A DNA stretch of 64,000 bases, from NCBI GenBank assembly GCA_948472945.1, contig CAOKVX010000009.1, positions 9,752 to 73,751 on the forward strand, in the 5' to 3' direction. This DNA is from an uncultured Clostridia bacterium (GTDB lineage: Bacteria > Bacillota > Clostridia > Lachnospirales > Lachnospiraceae). The position numbers and the translations under genes are program-made. Positions 39,331 through 49,700 of the stretch are shown here, in pieces. Position 1 is the stretch's first letter, and each line of letters opens with the position of its first letter. A model generated the notes under the pieces. It ran no database searches and was not told the DNA's origin. It saw nothing but the letters and a program-made list of their open reading frames with translations.

Positions 39331-42049
39331 TATTAGAATATGGACTGTATTAAAACCTGTATTATTCGTAATTGTGTTTTTGTCCATACTGCAGGCAAAG
39401 CCTGCGATGGCAGGGGAATACGACAACGCTTATACGTTCTATACAAAGAACTGTTCGTTTGGGGAACCGGCACATCTCAATAAAAATGACGGATATGTAT
39501 ATTTCTGTTCTTGGGGCAGCAAGTCTGAGACGTCAACAAAATACAGGACTGTCGGCTATACAATTACGATTGACGCGGCGGGGCAAAGGGATTCAATCGA
39601 GGTAAAGCTTGGCGGAAGCATTGTGAAAAACGTGTCGTCCGTGACAAAGAACAATGTCACCTATGTGCTTAGAAGAGCGAAGCTTAGCAGGCTTCAGGAA
39701 TTATTTTTTGGCAACAGAAATATAACGTGGCATCAGATATTCAGAAAGACAAACACTTATAGCTTTGACGCAATAATGACGGTTGTAGAGGGCGGAAAGG
39801 AGCTTTGTGGAGTTGTAAGCGAGAACAGCAATAAAAGGAAACTTTCGGCCGAGCGTGAGGCTTATATGTACAGGACGCTATCCGGAATCAAGTCCGCCCG
39901 CGCATGGAAAAACGCGGATGACCTCAATAATTTCTACGGAAGGAAAGTTAAGATGACTCCTGTGAGCCCGCTTAAAGTTGAACCGATGAATATAGGCGGA
40001 AACAATATTTATTATAACGATGGAAAATGGTATGTAAAAAAGGATTCTGTTTTCAGGCTGGGTATCAATTCAAGGTTTGACGACGCCGAGTCGGCCGGAA
40101 GCAGGTATCATCCAAACTATAATGTGTATAAGTTCTCTGGATGGGGGGATAACCAGAAGTATTATGTCAGCCAGGGAACAGGGGGAAAGGATATCGGAAA
40201 AGCTGGGATTTTGCTTTACGGAGCTTCAGACAGTAAGCCTGTCATGTACAAAGGCATAGATTACAGCGCCACGACGACGTACTTGGCAAGCCCGGTATAT
40301 TTTACGAGTACGGTTGAATATTATATGTCTACGCCCGACGGCGGGACTGTGTACGCTGTACCGGAGGGTCGGGTATACTACAATAATATATATCCGAAAA
40401 ACGACAGCGATGAGGATAACCTCTGTGACCTGCAGTCAAATCCCGGAGGTAAGATAACGCTTGTCTCTGACGGAAAAGCCCCAATTATAGAGTGCCCGCA
40501 ATATATAGACGGTTATAATAATTCGTATTGTGCGTTTCCAGTATCGGTAAGCGACTATAATTCCGGAATAAATGTAATAAGGGTGTTCAGGAACGACGGC
40601 GCAATGGTATATGAGAGATACATAACGTCGTACTCGCACTATTATAATATTTTTTCGGAATGCAGCGTTAAGATTAGTGACAGTGATATTTTTCGCGTAT
40701 ATGCGATGGATAATGTCGGGAATGAAAGCTTATCCAAATGGTTTGGCGTGAGGGTTCCGAAAGCACACACAGTCAACGCATCTATATCCGGAGGATATAA
40801 TTCATTCAACAACAGTAAAATAGACGTCAATGTATTCGGCGGCAATTCTGAGATTAGCGCGCTTGTAATTATGTCTGAGGAAGAAAACAACCCGAGTGGG
40901 GATAGAATAGTAATAGCTAACAAAAGCGTTGAGTCTAAAACTTTGGAGCGCGGGCTATATAAGTATGATTACCAAGTGGATGTAATGGAACAGATACGCA
41001 GTATGCCGGACGGAAAGTACATATTCGATGTTATATCAGGTGGCAGATACGTGTCCTCAGAACCGGCAAGTTTGGTTATGATAAAAGATGTGACGCCGCC
41101 AAAGCTCACATGTCAGAGCTTTGCAGAAACCGAATGCGGGTGGTTTAGAGAATACGCATCGATTGTAGTGTCTGCGCAGGATAATCTTAGCGGCGTGCAG
41201 TCGTTTGAGTGTATATGTAACGATGAAAATATAGAGGGAAAAAGAACTTATGACGATGTAAACAATAAAGACAAATTGGCTTTTTCAATAAAAACAGAGG
41301 GTGAAAACAAAATTGTTTTATCGGCGGCAGATTTTGCAGGAAATAAGTCAAACCTTACGGATACAATAAAAATTGACTCAAGCGCACCCGAATATTTGCT
41401 GTATGGCGGACTTACAGGAACCGATACCGACGATGGCAGGTGGATTGGCAAAAGCGGTTTGGAAGGCGGTATTATGCTCACAGACAGATACAGCGGGTTA
41501 GTCGCAGACAAGCGGTACGCGCCTTTGCTTGTCAGCAGCCAATCGGTTATGTCTGAGTTTCCGGAACAGAATTATGAAGTAGTACAGCCGGACTATAACA
41601 GCGCTGAAATAAAATTTTCCGTAGATTATATAGACAATATCACGACCTCAAAAAATATTTTCGTTATAGATGTCAGGGATAGAGTTGGCAACAGACTTAA
41701 ACAAAGATTGTACATTAATGTTGACTGCGACGCCCCGGAACTTGAATATCCGGATGAAAATCCTTGGGATAAAAATACATTCAGCGGGAATATTGAGATT
41801 AGCGATATACATTCAGGGATAAGCAGTGTTCGGGTGAAAAGGGATGACGTAATATGCGGATCATACTCATTTGATGCGTCCCACAAAGAAAAGATATATC
41901 TGGATTTTTCCGAGTATGCGGACGCAACCGATTCTGTGTCTGTAATTGTGGCCGACATGGTCGGCAATATGAAAGAATACGATCTTGAATGCAGCAGTGC
42001 AAAAAAGATGGAGCGAATGCTTAGGAGTATTAGGACAAGGCTTAGATAA
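39323..42049 (+). CDS. Secreted 908-aa protein with C-terminal bacterial Ig-like repeats (putative pilus-associated adhesin)
   Basis: Signal peptide ending AKPAMA; repeated D..AP / D..SG[IV] / D..GN units; no LPxTG or C-terminal TM anchor. Confidence 0.6.
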   Translation: MINIRIWTVLKPVLFVIVFLSILQAKPAMAGEYDNAYTFYTKNCSFGEPAHLNKNDGYVYFCSWGSKSETSTKYRTVGYTITIDAAGQRDSIEVKLGGSIVKNVSSVTKNNVTYVLRRAKLSRLQELFFGNRNITWHQIFRKTNTYSFDAIMTVVEGGKELCGVVSENSNKRKLSAEREAYMYRTLSGIKSARAWKNADDLNNFYGRKVKMTPVSPLKVEPMNIGGNNIYYNDGKWYVKKDSVFRLGINSRFDDAESAGSRYHPNYNVYKFSGWGDNQKYYVSQGTGGKDIGKAGILLYGASDSKPVMYKGIDYSATTTYLASPVYFTSTVEYYMSTPDGGTVYAVPEGRVYYNNIYPKNDSDEDNLCDLQSNPGGKITLVSDGKAPIIECPQYIDGYNNSYCAFPVSVSDYNSGINVIRVFRNDGAMVYERYITSYSHYYNIFSECSVKISDSDIFRVYAMDNVGNESLSKWFGVRVPKAHTVNASISGGYNSFNNSKIDVNVFGGNSEISALVIMSEEENNPSGDRIVIANKSVESKTLERGLYKYDYQVDVMEQIRSMPDGKYIFDVISGGRYVSSEPASLVMIKDVTPPKLTCQSFAETECGWFREYASIVVSAQDNLSGVQSFECICNDENIEGKRTYDDVNNKDKLAFSIKTEGENKIVLSAADFAGNKSNLTDTIKIDSSAPEYLLYGGLTGTDTDDGRWIGKSGLEGGIMLTDRYSGLVADKRYAPLLVSSQSVMSEFPEQNYEVVQPDYNSAEIKFSVDYIDNITTSKNIFVIDVRDRVGNRLKQRLYINVDCDAPELEYPDENPWDKNTFSGNIEISDIHSGISSVRVKRDDVICGSYSFDASHKEKIYLDFSEYADATDSVSVIVADMVGNMKEYDLECSSAKKMERMLRSIRTRLR

Positions 42050-42070
42050 ATATATAAACGGAGCAATTTT

Positions 42071-42673
42071 ATGATTGGAGTAATATTAAATACGTTTGCG
42101 CTTCATAAAATATTTTGTTATGAACAGTTTGAAGTTAAAAAAAGTCATATAATAATATTTTTAATATTTAATCTGGCAGGTGCCGTCACAGCTCTCGCAT
42201 ATATTTTTTCATGCAGATTGTTTTACAGCGTACCATATATACTTTGCGCTTTCTGGCTTTCCGGCGTCGCATATACAGACTATATCAGCTGTAATGTATA
42301 TGAGATAATGGAGTACTACGCCGTAATACCGATTTTGTTATCTGTGGCAAATATATTATTTTGCGATACTGCCCATACTATGACAAAGCTCGCCGCTGCG
42401 CTTGTCACGGTAGCAGCATATGAAACTATGGCAAAGTTGGAATTTTACGGCGAGGGTGACAGCGATGTTTTATCGGTAGTATGCGTCATGTATTTCGACG
42501 CATACTATAATTGCATATTCTTTGGACTTGTCATGCTGTTATTTGTATTAAGAAATTTTAAGCATATGGTTACCGGCAGAAAGACCGGTGTAATAAGGCC
42601 GCTCGTACCAAGTATATATATGGGTTATATACTCATGCTGCCGTTTGTTGCAGGTAAAGGGCTTACAATCTAA
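42071..42673 (+). CDS. Prepilin peptidase-like (A24/TadV) membrane aspartic protease
   Basis: AYTD and GEGD aspartate motifs, PLVPSIYMG C-terminal motif, multi-TM; last gene of the tad locus. Confidence 0.7.
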   Translation: MIGVILNTFALHKIFCYEQFEVKKSHIIIFLIFNLAGAVTALAYIFSCRLFYSVPYILCAFWLSGVAYTDYISCNVYEIMEYYAVIPILLSVANILFCDTAHTMTKLAAALVTVAAYETMAKLEFYGEGDSDVLSVVCVMYFDAYYNCIFFGLVMLLFVLRNFKHMVTGRKTGVIRPLVPSIYMGYILMLPFVAGKGLTI

Positions 42674-42703
42674 ACCGTTATTTTTGTACCGATGCTTTGT
42701 CGT

Positions 42704-42714
42704 GTGTAATACAT
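42704..42714 (+). repeat. 11-bp direct repeat GTGTAATACAT, right copy
   Basis: Identical to 34518-34528. Confidence 0.6.
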
Positions 42715-42840
42715 CGCTTATAATATTGAGGATGTTTTTATACTTTCATAAAACTTTGTTTTGTAGTATAATACCTTAACTGATACAGTACACTAGACTT
42801 CGCGCAATAATAAATATAAAATAGAGTAAGCTAAACAAAA

Positions 42841-45396
42841 ATGGCGAAGCGTAACGGTTTTGGAGGATTTGTGATGACGAGAGATGAATTTTCAGCTTAT
42901 GTCAGAGAGGGAATTGTTATATTAGACGGAGCGACAGGCTCCGTCCTGCAAAAGAACGGCATGCCTTCAGGCGTGTGTCCCGAACAGTGGATACTGGAGC
43001 ACGGTGACCTTCTTGTGGACATACAGAGTAAGTATATAGAGTCGGGCAGCAATATAATATATGCGCCGACATTTACCGGCAATCGTATTAAGCTTGCGGA
43101 GTATGGACTAGACGGCGATACAGAGAAAATAAATAGCGAACTTGTAGGTTTGAGCAAAAGGGCTGTATCTGAAGCGGTATGTCTGGGAAAGAGGAAATGT
43201 CTTGTTGCGGGTGACCTTACAATGACCGGAGAACAGTTATATCCTATAGGTGAATTAAAATTTGAGGAATTGGTTGAGGTATATAAGGAACAGGTACGAT
43301 TCCTTGAAAAGGCCGGTGTTGACTTGTATGTTGTAGAGACGATGATGAGCCTGCAGGAATGCAGGGCCGCGGTTCTTGCAATAAAAGAGACTAATAATCT
43401 TCCTGTAATGGTTACTCTGTCATTTGGAGACGACGAAAGGACGCTTTTTGGAACCGACCCGGTAACTGCAGTCAATGTTCTTCAGTCAATGGGTGTTGAC
43501 GCCGTAGGGGCAAACTGCTCTTCGGGTTATGATAAGATGATACCGATAATTGAAAAAATGGCGTATGCTGCTACTATACCTGTAATTGCTAAGCCTAACT
43601 GCGGCATGCCAAGACTTATAGATAATGAGACCGTATATACACAGACGCCCGATGAGTTTGCCGACGGAATAGAGAAGCTTATTGAAGCGGGAGCGACGAT
43701 TGTTGGAGGGTGCTGCGGAACAGATGCGGTATGTATAAATAAAGTTAGTGAACGTGTAGCCGGACTTGATTACGAAAAGATTAGGGAAAAGTGTGATGAC
43801 AGAAAGAAAGCAGCCCGGTCTTTGAGGCTTTTGTCAAGCGAGAGAAAGACTGTAGACATATCAAAAAAAGAAAAGCTTATTATAATCGGTGAGAGAATTA
43901 ATCCTACAGGTAAAAAAGAACTTCAGGCCTCGCTGCGCGAGGGCAGCATGGAGCTTGTGGCGTGCATGGCGGAGGAACAGGAGGAATATGGAGCCGATAT
44001 ACTTGACGTTAATGTAGGAATGAACGGAATAGATGAGAAGTCGGTATTATTTGATGCGGTTACGACGCTGTCACAGACGGTTGACCTTCCTCTGTCAATT
44101 GACACAAGCAATCCCGAGGCGATGGAGTATGCGCTAAGAAATTATCCCGGAAGGGCTCTGATGAATTCAATCAGCCTGGATACCGAAAAGATGGACATAC
44201 TTCTTCCGATGGCAAAAAAATATGGGGCAATGTTTGTTCTTCTGCCGTTGTCGGAAAAAGGACTTCCTGAGAGTGTACAGGAAAAGAAAGATATAATACA
44301 TGCCATAATGAAAGCAGCGGCGGAACACTGTATATATGAGAATGACATTGTTGTCGACGGACTTGTAGCGACTGTCGGCGCCAATAAGAACGCCGCGGTT
44401 GAAACTGTCGATACTATAAGGTACTGTACGGACGAGCTTGGTGTTGAGACCGTCTGCGGGCTGTCAAATATATCTTTCGGACTTCCGGAGAGGATGTATA
44501 TTAACTCTGCATTTGTCACACTGGCGATAAGCGCGGGGCTTACTATGGCAATTGCAAATCCTATGCAGGAAATGTTTATGAATATCATACATGCAACTGA
44601 CCTTTTGCTTGCCAGAGATGAATCTGATTTAAGATATGTGGACAGGATTACGGTTTTTAATCCTGAACATGTAAGAAAAAATGAAAACAATGCGAATAAT
44701 AATAATGGGGAAATGTTTTCGGTTAAAACCAACATAGTCAGTGAAGATGATTTATCTGTAATTGACGGGGAATTGTATGGATTTGTCGTGAAAGGAAGAA
44801 AAGAACAATCGCTTAACAGAGTTAAGGCTCTTGTGGGTGAAGGAATTACGCCTCAGAGCATAATTGACGGAGCGCTGATTCCCGCTATCAACAGGGTAGG
44901 TGACCTGTACGAGTCGGGAAGATATTTTCTGCCTCAGCTTATGGGCAGTGCAGAGAGTATGAAAAACTGTATAGATTATCTTGAGCCGCTTATGTCCGAT
45001 GAGGACGGCATGGAGACTGAGGGGATTGTAGTTATTGCTACGGTCAAGGGTGATATACATGACATTGGTAAGAATCTTGTTGCAATAATGTTAAAAAACT
45101 GTGGTTTTAAAGTCTATGACCTTGGAAAGAATGTTGCTGCAGAGGACATAATAGACGCTGCACTAAATTACAATGCGGATATTATAGGCTTGTCAGCGTT
45201 AATGACTACTACTATGATGGAGATGAAAAATGTTGTAGATATGGCAAAGGAGAGAGGATTAAGCGCCAAGATAATGATTGGCGGTGCGGTGGTGACAGAA
45301 AGTTTTGCAAAGGAGATTGGCGCCGATGCATATTCCGCTGACGCGGGTGAGGCGGTCAAGGTTGCCAAAATGCTGACTAAGGAGAATTATGAATGA
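42841..45396 (+). CDS. metH: B12-dependent methionine synthase lacking the C-terminal AdoMet reactivation domain (likely start 42871/42874)
   Basis: LDGATGS, GANCS, GGCCGT, IIGERINPTGKK, GLSNISFGLP, DIHDIGKN B12 motif; the protein ends after the B12-binding domain. Confidence 0.92.
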   Translation: MAKRNGFGGFVMTRDEFSAYVREGIVILDGATGSVLQKNGMPSGVCPEQWILEHGDLLVDIQSKYIESGSNIIYAPTFTGNRIKLAEYGLDGDTEKINSELVGLSKRAVSEAVCLGKRKCLVAGDLTMTGEQLYPIGELKFEELVEVYKEQVRFLEKAGVDLYVVETMMSLQECRAAVLAIKETNNLPVMVTLSFGDDERTLFGTDPVTAVNVLQSMGVDAVGANCSSGYDKMIPIIEKMAYAATIPVIAKPNCGMPRLIDNETVYTQTPDEFADGIEKLIEAGATIVGGCCGTDAVCINKVSERVAGLDYEKIREKCDDRKKAARSLRLLSSERKTVDISKKEKLIIIGERINPTGKKELQASLREGSMELVACMAEEQEEYGADILDVNVGMNGIDEKSVLFDAVTTLSQTVDLPLSIDTSNPEAMEYALRNYPGRALMNSISLDTEKMDILLPMAKKYGAMFVLLPLSEKGLPESVQEKKDIIHAIMKAAAEHCIYENDIVVDGLVATVGANKNAAVETVDTIRYCTDELGVETVCGLSNISFGLPERMYINSAFVTLAISAGLTMAIANPMQEMFMNIIHATDLLLARDESDLRYVDRITVFNPEHVRKNENNANNNNGEMFSVKTNIVSEDDLSVIDGELYGFVVKGRKEQSLNRVKALVGEGITPQSIIDGALIPAINRVGDLYESGRYFLPQLMGSAESMKNCIDYLEPLMSDEDGMETEGIVVIATVKGDIHDIGKNLVAIMLKNCGFKVYDLGKNVAAEDIIDAALNYNADIIGLSALMTTTMMEMKNVVDMAKERGLSAKIMIGGAVVTESFAKEIGADAYSADAGEAVKVAKMLTKENYE

Positions 45397-46358
45397 ATAT
45401 GATAGATATTATCATACCTGTATATAATCCGGATGAAAAGCTGAAAAAACTGCTCTGCAGCCTGTACAGGCAATCGGTAAGGGCGGACAGGATAATTCTC
45501 GTTTGGACGGTGCCCGATGGAAAAGATGTCGGTTCGACAGGCTGCGGCGAGTATATATCGTGTTATGGTGATACATCTGCTGTTGATACGGTTTTTATAG
45601 AAAAAAAGGATTTTGACCACGGCGGAACAAGGGCATATGCAGCATCCTTATCCGATGCGGAATATATGCTGTTTATGACGCAGGACGCAGTACCTGCCGA
45701 TGATAAACTTATTTCCTCGCTGTTAAAAATGTTTGACTATAAAAATGTTGCGGCTGCATATGCAAGACAGCTGCCGTCGGAGGATGCAACGGTCACAGAA
45801 AGAATAACAAGGGATTTTAATTATCCTGATAAAGAGAGAGTTCAAAACTCTGACACATTATCCTGTTATGGTATAAAAACATATTTCTGTTCAGATGTGT
45901 GTGCAATGTATAAAAAAGTGTGCTATGATGAGGCAGGCGGTTTTGTTAGGCGTACAATATTTAATGAAGACATGATTATGGCGGCTTCTCTTGTAAAACT
46001 TGGATATACTGTAATGTATACGCCTTGGGCGAGGGTGATACACTCGCATCACTACACCTATATGGAGCAGTATAGGAGAAATTTTGACCTTGCCGTATCT
46101 CAGAGAGAACATCCCGAGGTGTTTAATGGCGTGCCGTCTGAGGGCGAGGGCGTTAGATTGGTAATAACAATTGCGAAAAAACTTGTAAAAGCCGGCAAAA
46201 TTTATAAGATACCGGACCTGTTTATAGAGAGTGCGTTTAAATATATGGGTTATAGAAAAGGCAAAAGGTTTGATAAATTAAGTGATAAAACAATAATGAA
46301 TTGCACTATGAACAGACTATACTGGATAAATAAACAGGATACAAACAAAGATAATTAG
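45393..46358 (+). CDS. GT2 glycosyltransferase (rhamnosyltransferase-like)
   Basis: FDHGGTRA, FMTQDAVP, AYARQLP, FCSDVCAMY, FNEDMI, HSHHY. Confidence 0.85.
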   Translation: MNMIDIIIPVYNPDEKLKKLLCSLYRQSVRADRIILVWTVPDGKDVGSTGCGEYISCYGDTSAVDTVFIEKKDFDHGGTRAYAASLSDAEYMLFMTQDAVPADDKLISSLLKMFDYKNVAAAYARQLPSEDATVTERITRDFNYPDKERVQNSDTLSCYGIKTYFCSDVCAMYKKVCYDEAGGFVRRTIFNEDMIMAASLVKLGYTVMYTPWARVIHSHHYTYMEQYRRNFDLAVSQREHPEVFNGVPSEGEGVRLVITIAKKLVKAGKIYKIPDLFIESAFKYMGYRKGKRFDKLSDKTIMNCTMNRLYWINKQDTNKDN

Positions 46359-46373
46359 GAGAGGACAAATCAC

Positions 46374-47423
46374 ATGGAAGGAATTAACAATTATGGGCGG
46401 AAAGAAAAAATTGATAATGAGAAAAAAAGGACGCGAAAGAAACGCCGCATCATTATTAAAAGCATTGTTCTGGCTGTTTTGTTTATCTGTGCGGCTGTTG
46501 CAGGAAATAGAGCTGCGGCGCTGAGATGGGGACTCCACAGCTCGTTCAAGCTTATAAAGCATGACACGACCCCTATAATACAAAATGTCGACAGGGAAGT
46601 CCTAAACAACGGAGCTGAATTCATAACGAGCGACGATGTAATAAATATTCTTCTTGTCGGCGCCGATAAACGTGAATCGTGGTCGGATACGGGGCGTTCG
46701 GATTCGTGTATGATAGCGACAATAGATTTAAAAAATAAAAAGCTTAAGCTTGTCTCTCTTATGAGAGATATGTACATTGATATCCCCGGCAGAGGAACTC
46801 ACAAATTTAATTGGGCGTACTCGTATGGCGGAGTAGAACTGCTTTATAAGACTATACTTCAGCATTTTGGAATAAAGGTTGACGGATATGTTGTAGTTGA
46901 TTTCTCAGCTTTCAAAAAAGTAGTAAACACACTCGGCGGAGTAGATATAGAGCTGACTGACGAGGAACATGAAATCCTCATGAAAAGATATCACAGGACT
47001 TCCGTACTTGACTTAAAGCCCGGAAAGAATAAAATGAACGGTACACAGGCGCTTGCATATTGCCGTCTCAGGCAGGATGTCCGCGCTGATTTCGGACGTA
47101 CTGATCGTCAGAGATATGTTATTGAGCAGGTACTTAAGAAAATGAAAAAGAAACCTGTCAGCAAGTGGTATGATGTCTTAAACGCAGTTATGCCTGAGGT
47201 TACCACTGATTTGAGCGAGGAAGAGATTATAGAATATATGACGGACGTAATTTTCCTAGGCACGACAACTATTGACCAGATGAGGATTCCTATTGACGGC
47301 TCTTTTAAAGAACTTAAAGGTACTCCGGATGGCGATGTACTTGATGTTGATATCAAAGAGAATAAGGAGGCGTTGAAAGACTTTATCTTTTCCGGCGATG
47401 TAAAGAAGAAAGAGGAAAAATAA
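46374..47423 (+). CDS. LytR-CpsA-Psr (LCP) family glycopolymer transferase
   Basis: NILLVGAD, GRSDSCMI, SLMRD, KFNWAY, ALAYCRLR, DFGRTDRQR. Confidence 0.92.
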   Translation: MEGINNYGRKEKIDNEKKRTRKKRRIIIKSIVLAVLFICAAVAGNRAAALRWGLHSSFKLIKHDTTPIIQNVDREVLNNGAEFITSDDVINILLVGADKRESWSDTGRSDSCMIATIDLKNKKLKLVSLMRDMYIDIPGRGTHKFNWAYSYGGVELLYKTILQHFGIKVDGYVVVDFSAFKKVVNTLGGVDIELTDEEHEILMKRYHRTSVLDLKPGKNKMNGTQALAYCRLRQDVRADFGRTDRQRYVIEQVLKKMKKKPVSKWYDVLNAVMPEVTTDLSEEEIIEYMTDVIFLGTTTIDQMRIPIDGSFKELKGTPDGDVLDVDIKENKEALKDFIFSGDVKKKEEK

Positions 47424-47460
47424 AATAGGCAAAAATATTTTGCAAACTTAAATAAAGGTA

Positions 47461-47489
47461 TTGACAATTTTAAAGTAGTTTATTATACT
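47461..47489 (+). promoter_or_regulatory. SigA promoter of the T-box-ilvD-ilvB operon
   Basis: TTGACA-17 bp-TATACT. Confidence 0.75.
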
Positions 47490-47511
47490 AAGTTAAATTA
47501 ATTTTTGTTAA

Positions 47512-47832
47512 AAGCAGTGATGAGGAGGAGTACATTTCCTGCAGAAGCAGAGAGAGGGTGCGGAAGGTGTAAGCTCCCGTGATGCAGATATGGAAGGTAG
47601 CCTCGGAGCTTTGGATTGAAAAGAACATGATGGCAATATGCGCTGCTGTTCACAGTAGACTCCAACGTGTTTTCCATACGTTACAGTGGAAACGATATAA
47701 ATGAAATGATTTCTGAGTATCGGTTAAGTGCAGATTGCGATGCTTATTGTGGGTTGCGTATCTGAATACAGGTGGTAACACGGACTTGATTGTTCGCCCT
47801 GAATGGATTAATCCATTCAGGGTTATTTTGTT
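47512..47832 (+). ncRNA. T-box riboswitch leader, probable Val (GUA) specifier
   Basis: Stem I with TGATGAGG..AGTA, AGAGAG and GGTG loops, and GAA-G-GTA-G-CCTC; T-box AGGTGGTAACACGG at 47770-83; terminator CCCTGAATGGAT/ATCCATTCAGGG with a T-rich tail. Confidence 0.88.
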
Positions 47833-47869
47833 TATATGATTAAATTAATTATCTGGAAGGAGAATCATT

Positions 47870-49528
47870 ATGAAGAGTGATAACGTAACAAAGGGAATAC
47901 AGCAGGCGCCGCACAGGTCACTGTTAAATGCTTTGGGATTGACAAAGGAAGAGATGGAGAGACCTCTTGTAGGCATTGTCAGTTCGTATAACGAGATAGT
48001 GCCGGGGCATATGAATATAGATAAAATAGTTGAGGCTGTAAAACTGGGAGTGTCGATGGCCGGAGGAACGCCGCGTGTATTTCCGGCTATAGCCGTATGC
48101 GACGGTATTGCGATGGGACATATAGGAATGAAATATTCGCTTGTGACGAGAGACCTTATTGCCGACTCTACAGAATGTATGGCGATTGCCCACCAGTTTG
48201 ACGCCCTTGTCATGATTCCAAACTGTGATAAAAATGTACCGGGTCTTTTGATGGCGGCGGCCAGAATAAACGTCCCTACGATTTTTGTAAGCGGCGGCCC
48301 TATGCTTGCAGGTCGCGTAAACGGAGAAAAGAGAAGCCTTTCAAGTATGTTTGAAGCTGTTGGCGCTCATGCGGCAGGTAAAATGACCGAGGAAGAGGTA
48401 CTTGACTTTGAAAATAACGTATGTCCTACATGCGGTTCATGTTCAGGAATGTACACTGCAAACAGCATGAACTGCCTTACTGAAGTTCTCGGAATGGGAC
48501 TTAAGGGAAACGGAACAATTCCTGCGGTATATTCTGAACGTATAAGGCTTGCAAAGATGGCCGGTATGAAAGTTATGGAACTTCTTGAGAAAAATATATG
48601 TCCGAAAGATATAATGACAGAAAAAGCATTTATGAACGCGCTCACGGTTGACATGGCGCTCGGATGTTCAACTAACAGCATGCTTCATCTGCCTGCCATA
48701 GCGCACGCAGCCGGAATTGAACTCAATCTTGACATTGCAAACGAACTCAGCGCAAAAACGCCTAACCTGTGCCATCTAGCGCCGGCCGGCCCTACTTATA
48801 TGGAAGACCTCAATGCAGCGGGCGGGGTTTATGCAGTTATGAATGAGCTTAACAAGAAAAACCTTCTTAACACTGACGAGATGACCGTGACCGGCAGGAC
48901 GGTCGGTGAAAATATAGGAGGATGCGTTAACAGAAATCCTGATGTAATAAGAACAATAGACAATCCATACAGTCAGACAGGCGGAATAGCCGTGCTGAAA
49001 GGCAATCTTGCTCCTGATTCTTGCGTTGTAAAGCGTTCTGCGGTAGTTGAGGAAATGATGGTACACGAGGGTCCTGCGCGCGTATTTGACTGTGAGGAGG
49101 ATGCTATTGCGGCAATTAAGGGAGGAAAGATTGTCGAGGGAGACGTAGTGGTGATAAGGTATGAAGGTCCTAAGGGAGGACCTGGAATGAGGGAGATGCT
49201 CAATCCAACATCCGCAATTGCCGGAATGGGACTCGGTTCAACGGTTGCGCTCATAACTGACGGACGATTTTCCGGTGCGTCAAGGGGTGCGTCAATAGGT
49301 CACGTATCACCTGAGGCGGCAGTAGGAGGACCGATTGCGCTTGTAGAGGAAGGCGATATAATAAAAATAAACATCCCGGAAAATACAATTAATGTAGATG
49401 TTACGGAAGATGTGCTGCAGGAGAGAAAGAAGAACTGGAAACCACGCGAGCCTAAGGTTACGACAGGATATCTTGCGCGCTATGCAAACATGGTTACATC
49501 CGCGAACAGGGGCGCTATTCTTCTTTAA
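47870..49528 (+). CDS. ilvD: Dihydroxy-acid dehydratase
   Basis: [49 protein letters not shown]. Confidence 0.97.
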   Translation: MKSDNVTKGIQQAPHRSLLNALGLTKEEMERPLVGIVSSYNEIVPGHMNIDKIVEAVKLGVSMAGGTPRVFPAIAVCDGIAMGHIGMKYSLVTRDLIADSTECMAIAHQFDALVMIPNCDKNVPGLLMAAARINVPTIFVSGGPMLAGRVNGEKRSLSSMFEAVGAHAAGKMTEEEVLDFENNVCPTCGSCSGMYTANSMNCLTEVLGMGLKGNGTIPAVYSERIRLAKMAGMKVMELLEKNICPKDIMTEKAFMNALTVDMALGCSTNSMLHLPAIAHAAGIELNLDIANELSAKTPNLCHLAPAGPTYMEDLNAAGGVYAVMNELNKKNLLNTDEMTVTGRTVGENIGGCVNRNPDVIRTIDNPYSQTGGIAVLKGNLAPDSCVVKRSAVVEEMMVHEGPARVFDCEEDAIAAIKGGKIVEGDVVVIRYEGPKGGPGMREMLNPTSAIAGMGLGSTVALITDGRFSGASRGASIGHVSPEAAVGGPIALVEEGDIIKINIPENTINVDVTEDVLQERKKNWKPREPKVTTGYLARYANMVTSANRGAILL

Positions 49529-49700
49529 CAATGATTTACTCAAACGTACAAGATGTTTATAAAAATCATTAACTCTGTATCAGACTGTATATATAAATCA
49601 TGAATATAGAGTTAACAAGTTAACACTACTAAGAAATATTTTTTGCTTATAGAGGATTTATTATAAAATATATAAAGAACATTTTTGGGGAGGAATATAT

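Noticed and set aside
44680-44710. AAT microsatellite in metH (NENNANNNNG)
   Set aside because: It is short, in frame, and lies in a variable inter-domain linker; there is no sign of function.
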